NCBI RefSeq assembly: GCF_006345805.1
Contig: NC_043020.1
Location: 9,362,001 to 9,426,000 of the forward strand
Origin: Octopus sinensis
Taxonomy: Eukaryota
DNA: 64,000 bases
Reading direction: 5' to 3'
Positions within the stretch are counted from its first letter, which is position 1; each line of letters starts with the position of its first letter. Shown here piece after piece: positions 63,855-64,000 of the stretch. The position numbers and the translations under genes were made by a program. Under the pieces are notes generated by a model. It saw only the letters and a program-made list of their open reading frames with translations. It searched no databases and was not told the DNA's origin.

Positions 63855-64000
63855 GCAAACTGAAAGACGGCACACGTTCTAACTCCGTTAGTGTCATATA
63901 GTTAAGGAGGCTTTTCATTTCTTTGCAAGTTACTCTGCAACCATGCAAGTGCTGGTGGCATAATAAAGTACCCAGTATAATTCCTCAAAGTGGTTGGCAT

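Overview
AT-rich, repeat-dense animal genomic DNA, most likely an octopus or other coleoid cephalopod. This is inferred from the tandem 'HCDICGKSF...HTGEKP' C2H2 genes, the tRNA-derived SINE families and the (TA)n density. Host genes: two coding exons of an SVIP ortholog (+ strand, 6676-6834 and 8428-8442; exon 1 not found) and three tandem minus-strand C2H2 zinc-finger paralogs (about 19, 19 and 35 fingers). Each ZNF gene has a single coding exon, a conserved splice acceptor and a homologous non-coding first exon. The rest is transposon-derived: a near full-length frameshifted RTE-clade LINE with many 5'-truncated copies of its VNTR-bearing 3' UTR, a dead Penelope-like element (RT + GIY-YIG), CR1, RTE and Tigger fragments, non-autonomous Helitrons, Merlin-like, hAT and piggyBac-like MITEs, three SINE families, a tRNA-Lys pseudogene, and micro/minisatellites. 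The most notable observations are type-I hammerhead-ribozyme-like motifs (one with an intact core, one just after the Penelope ORF), SINE multimers sharing one fixed junction at three loci, Helitron-associated truncation of one ZNF paralog, and block-wise evolution of the finger arrays. No CRISPR array or prokaryotic system is supported. Repeat boundaries are approximate unless a target-site duplication (TSD) is quoted.
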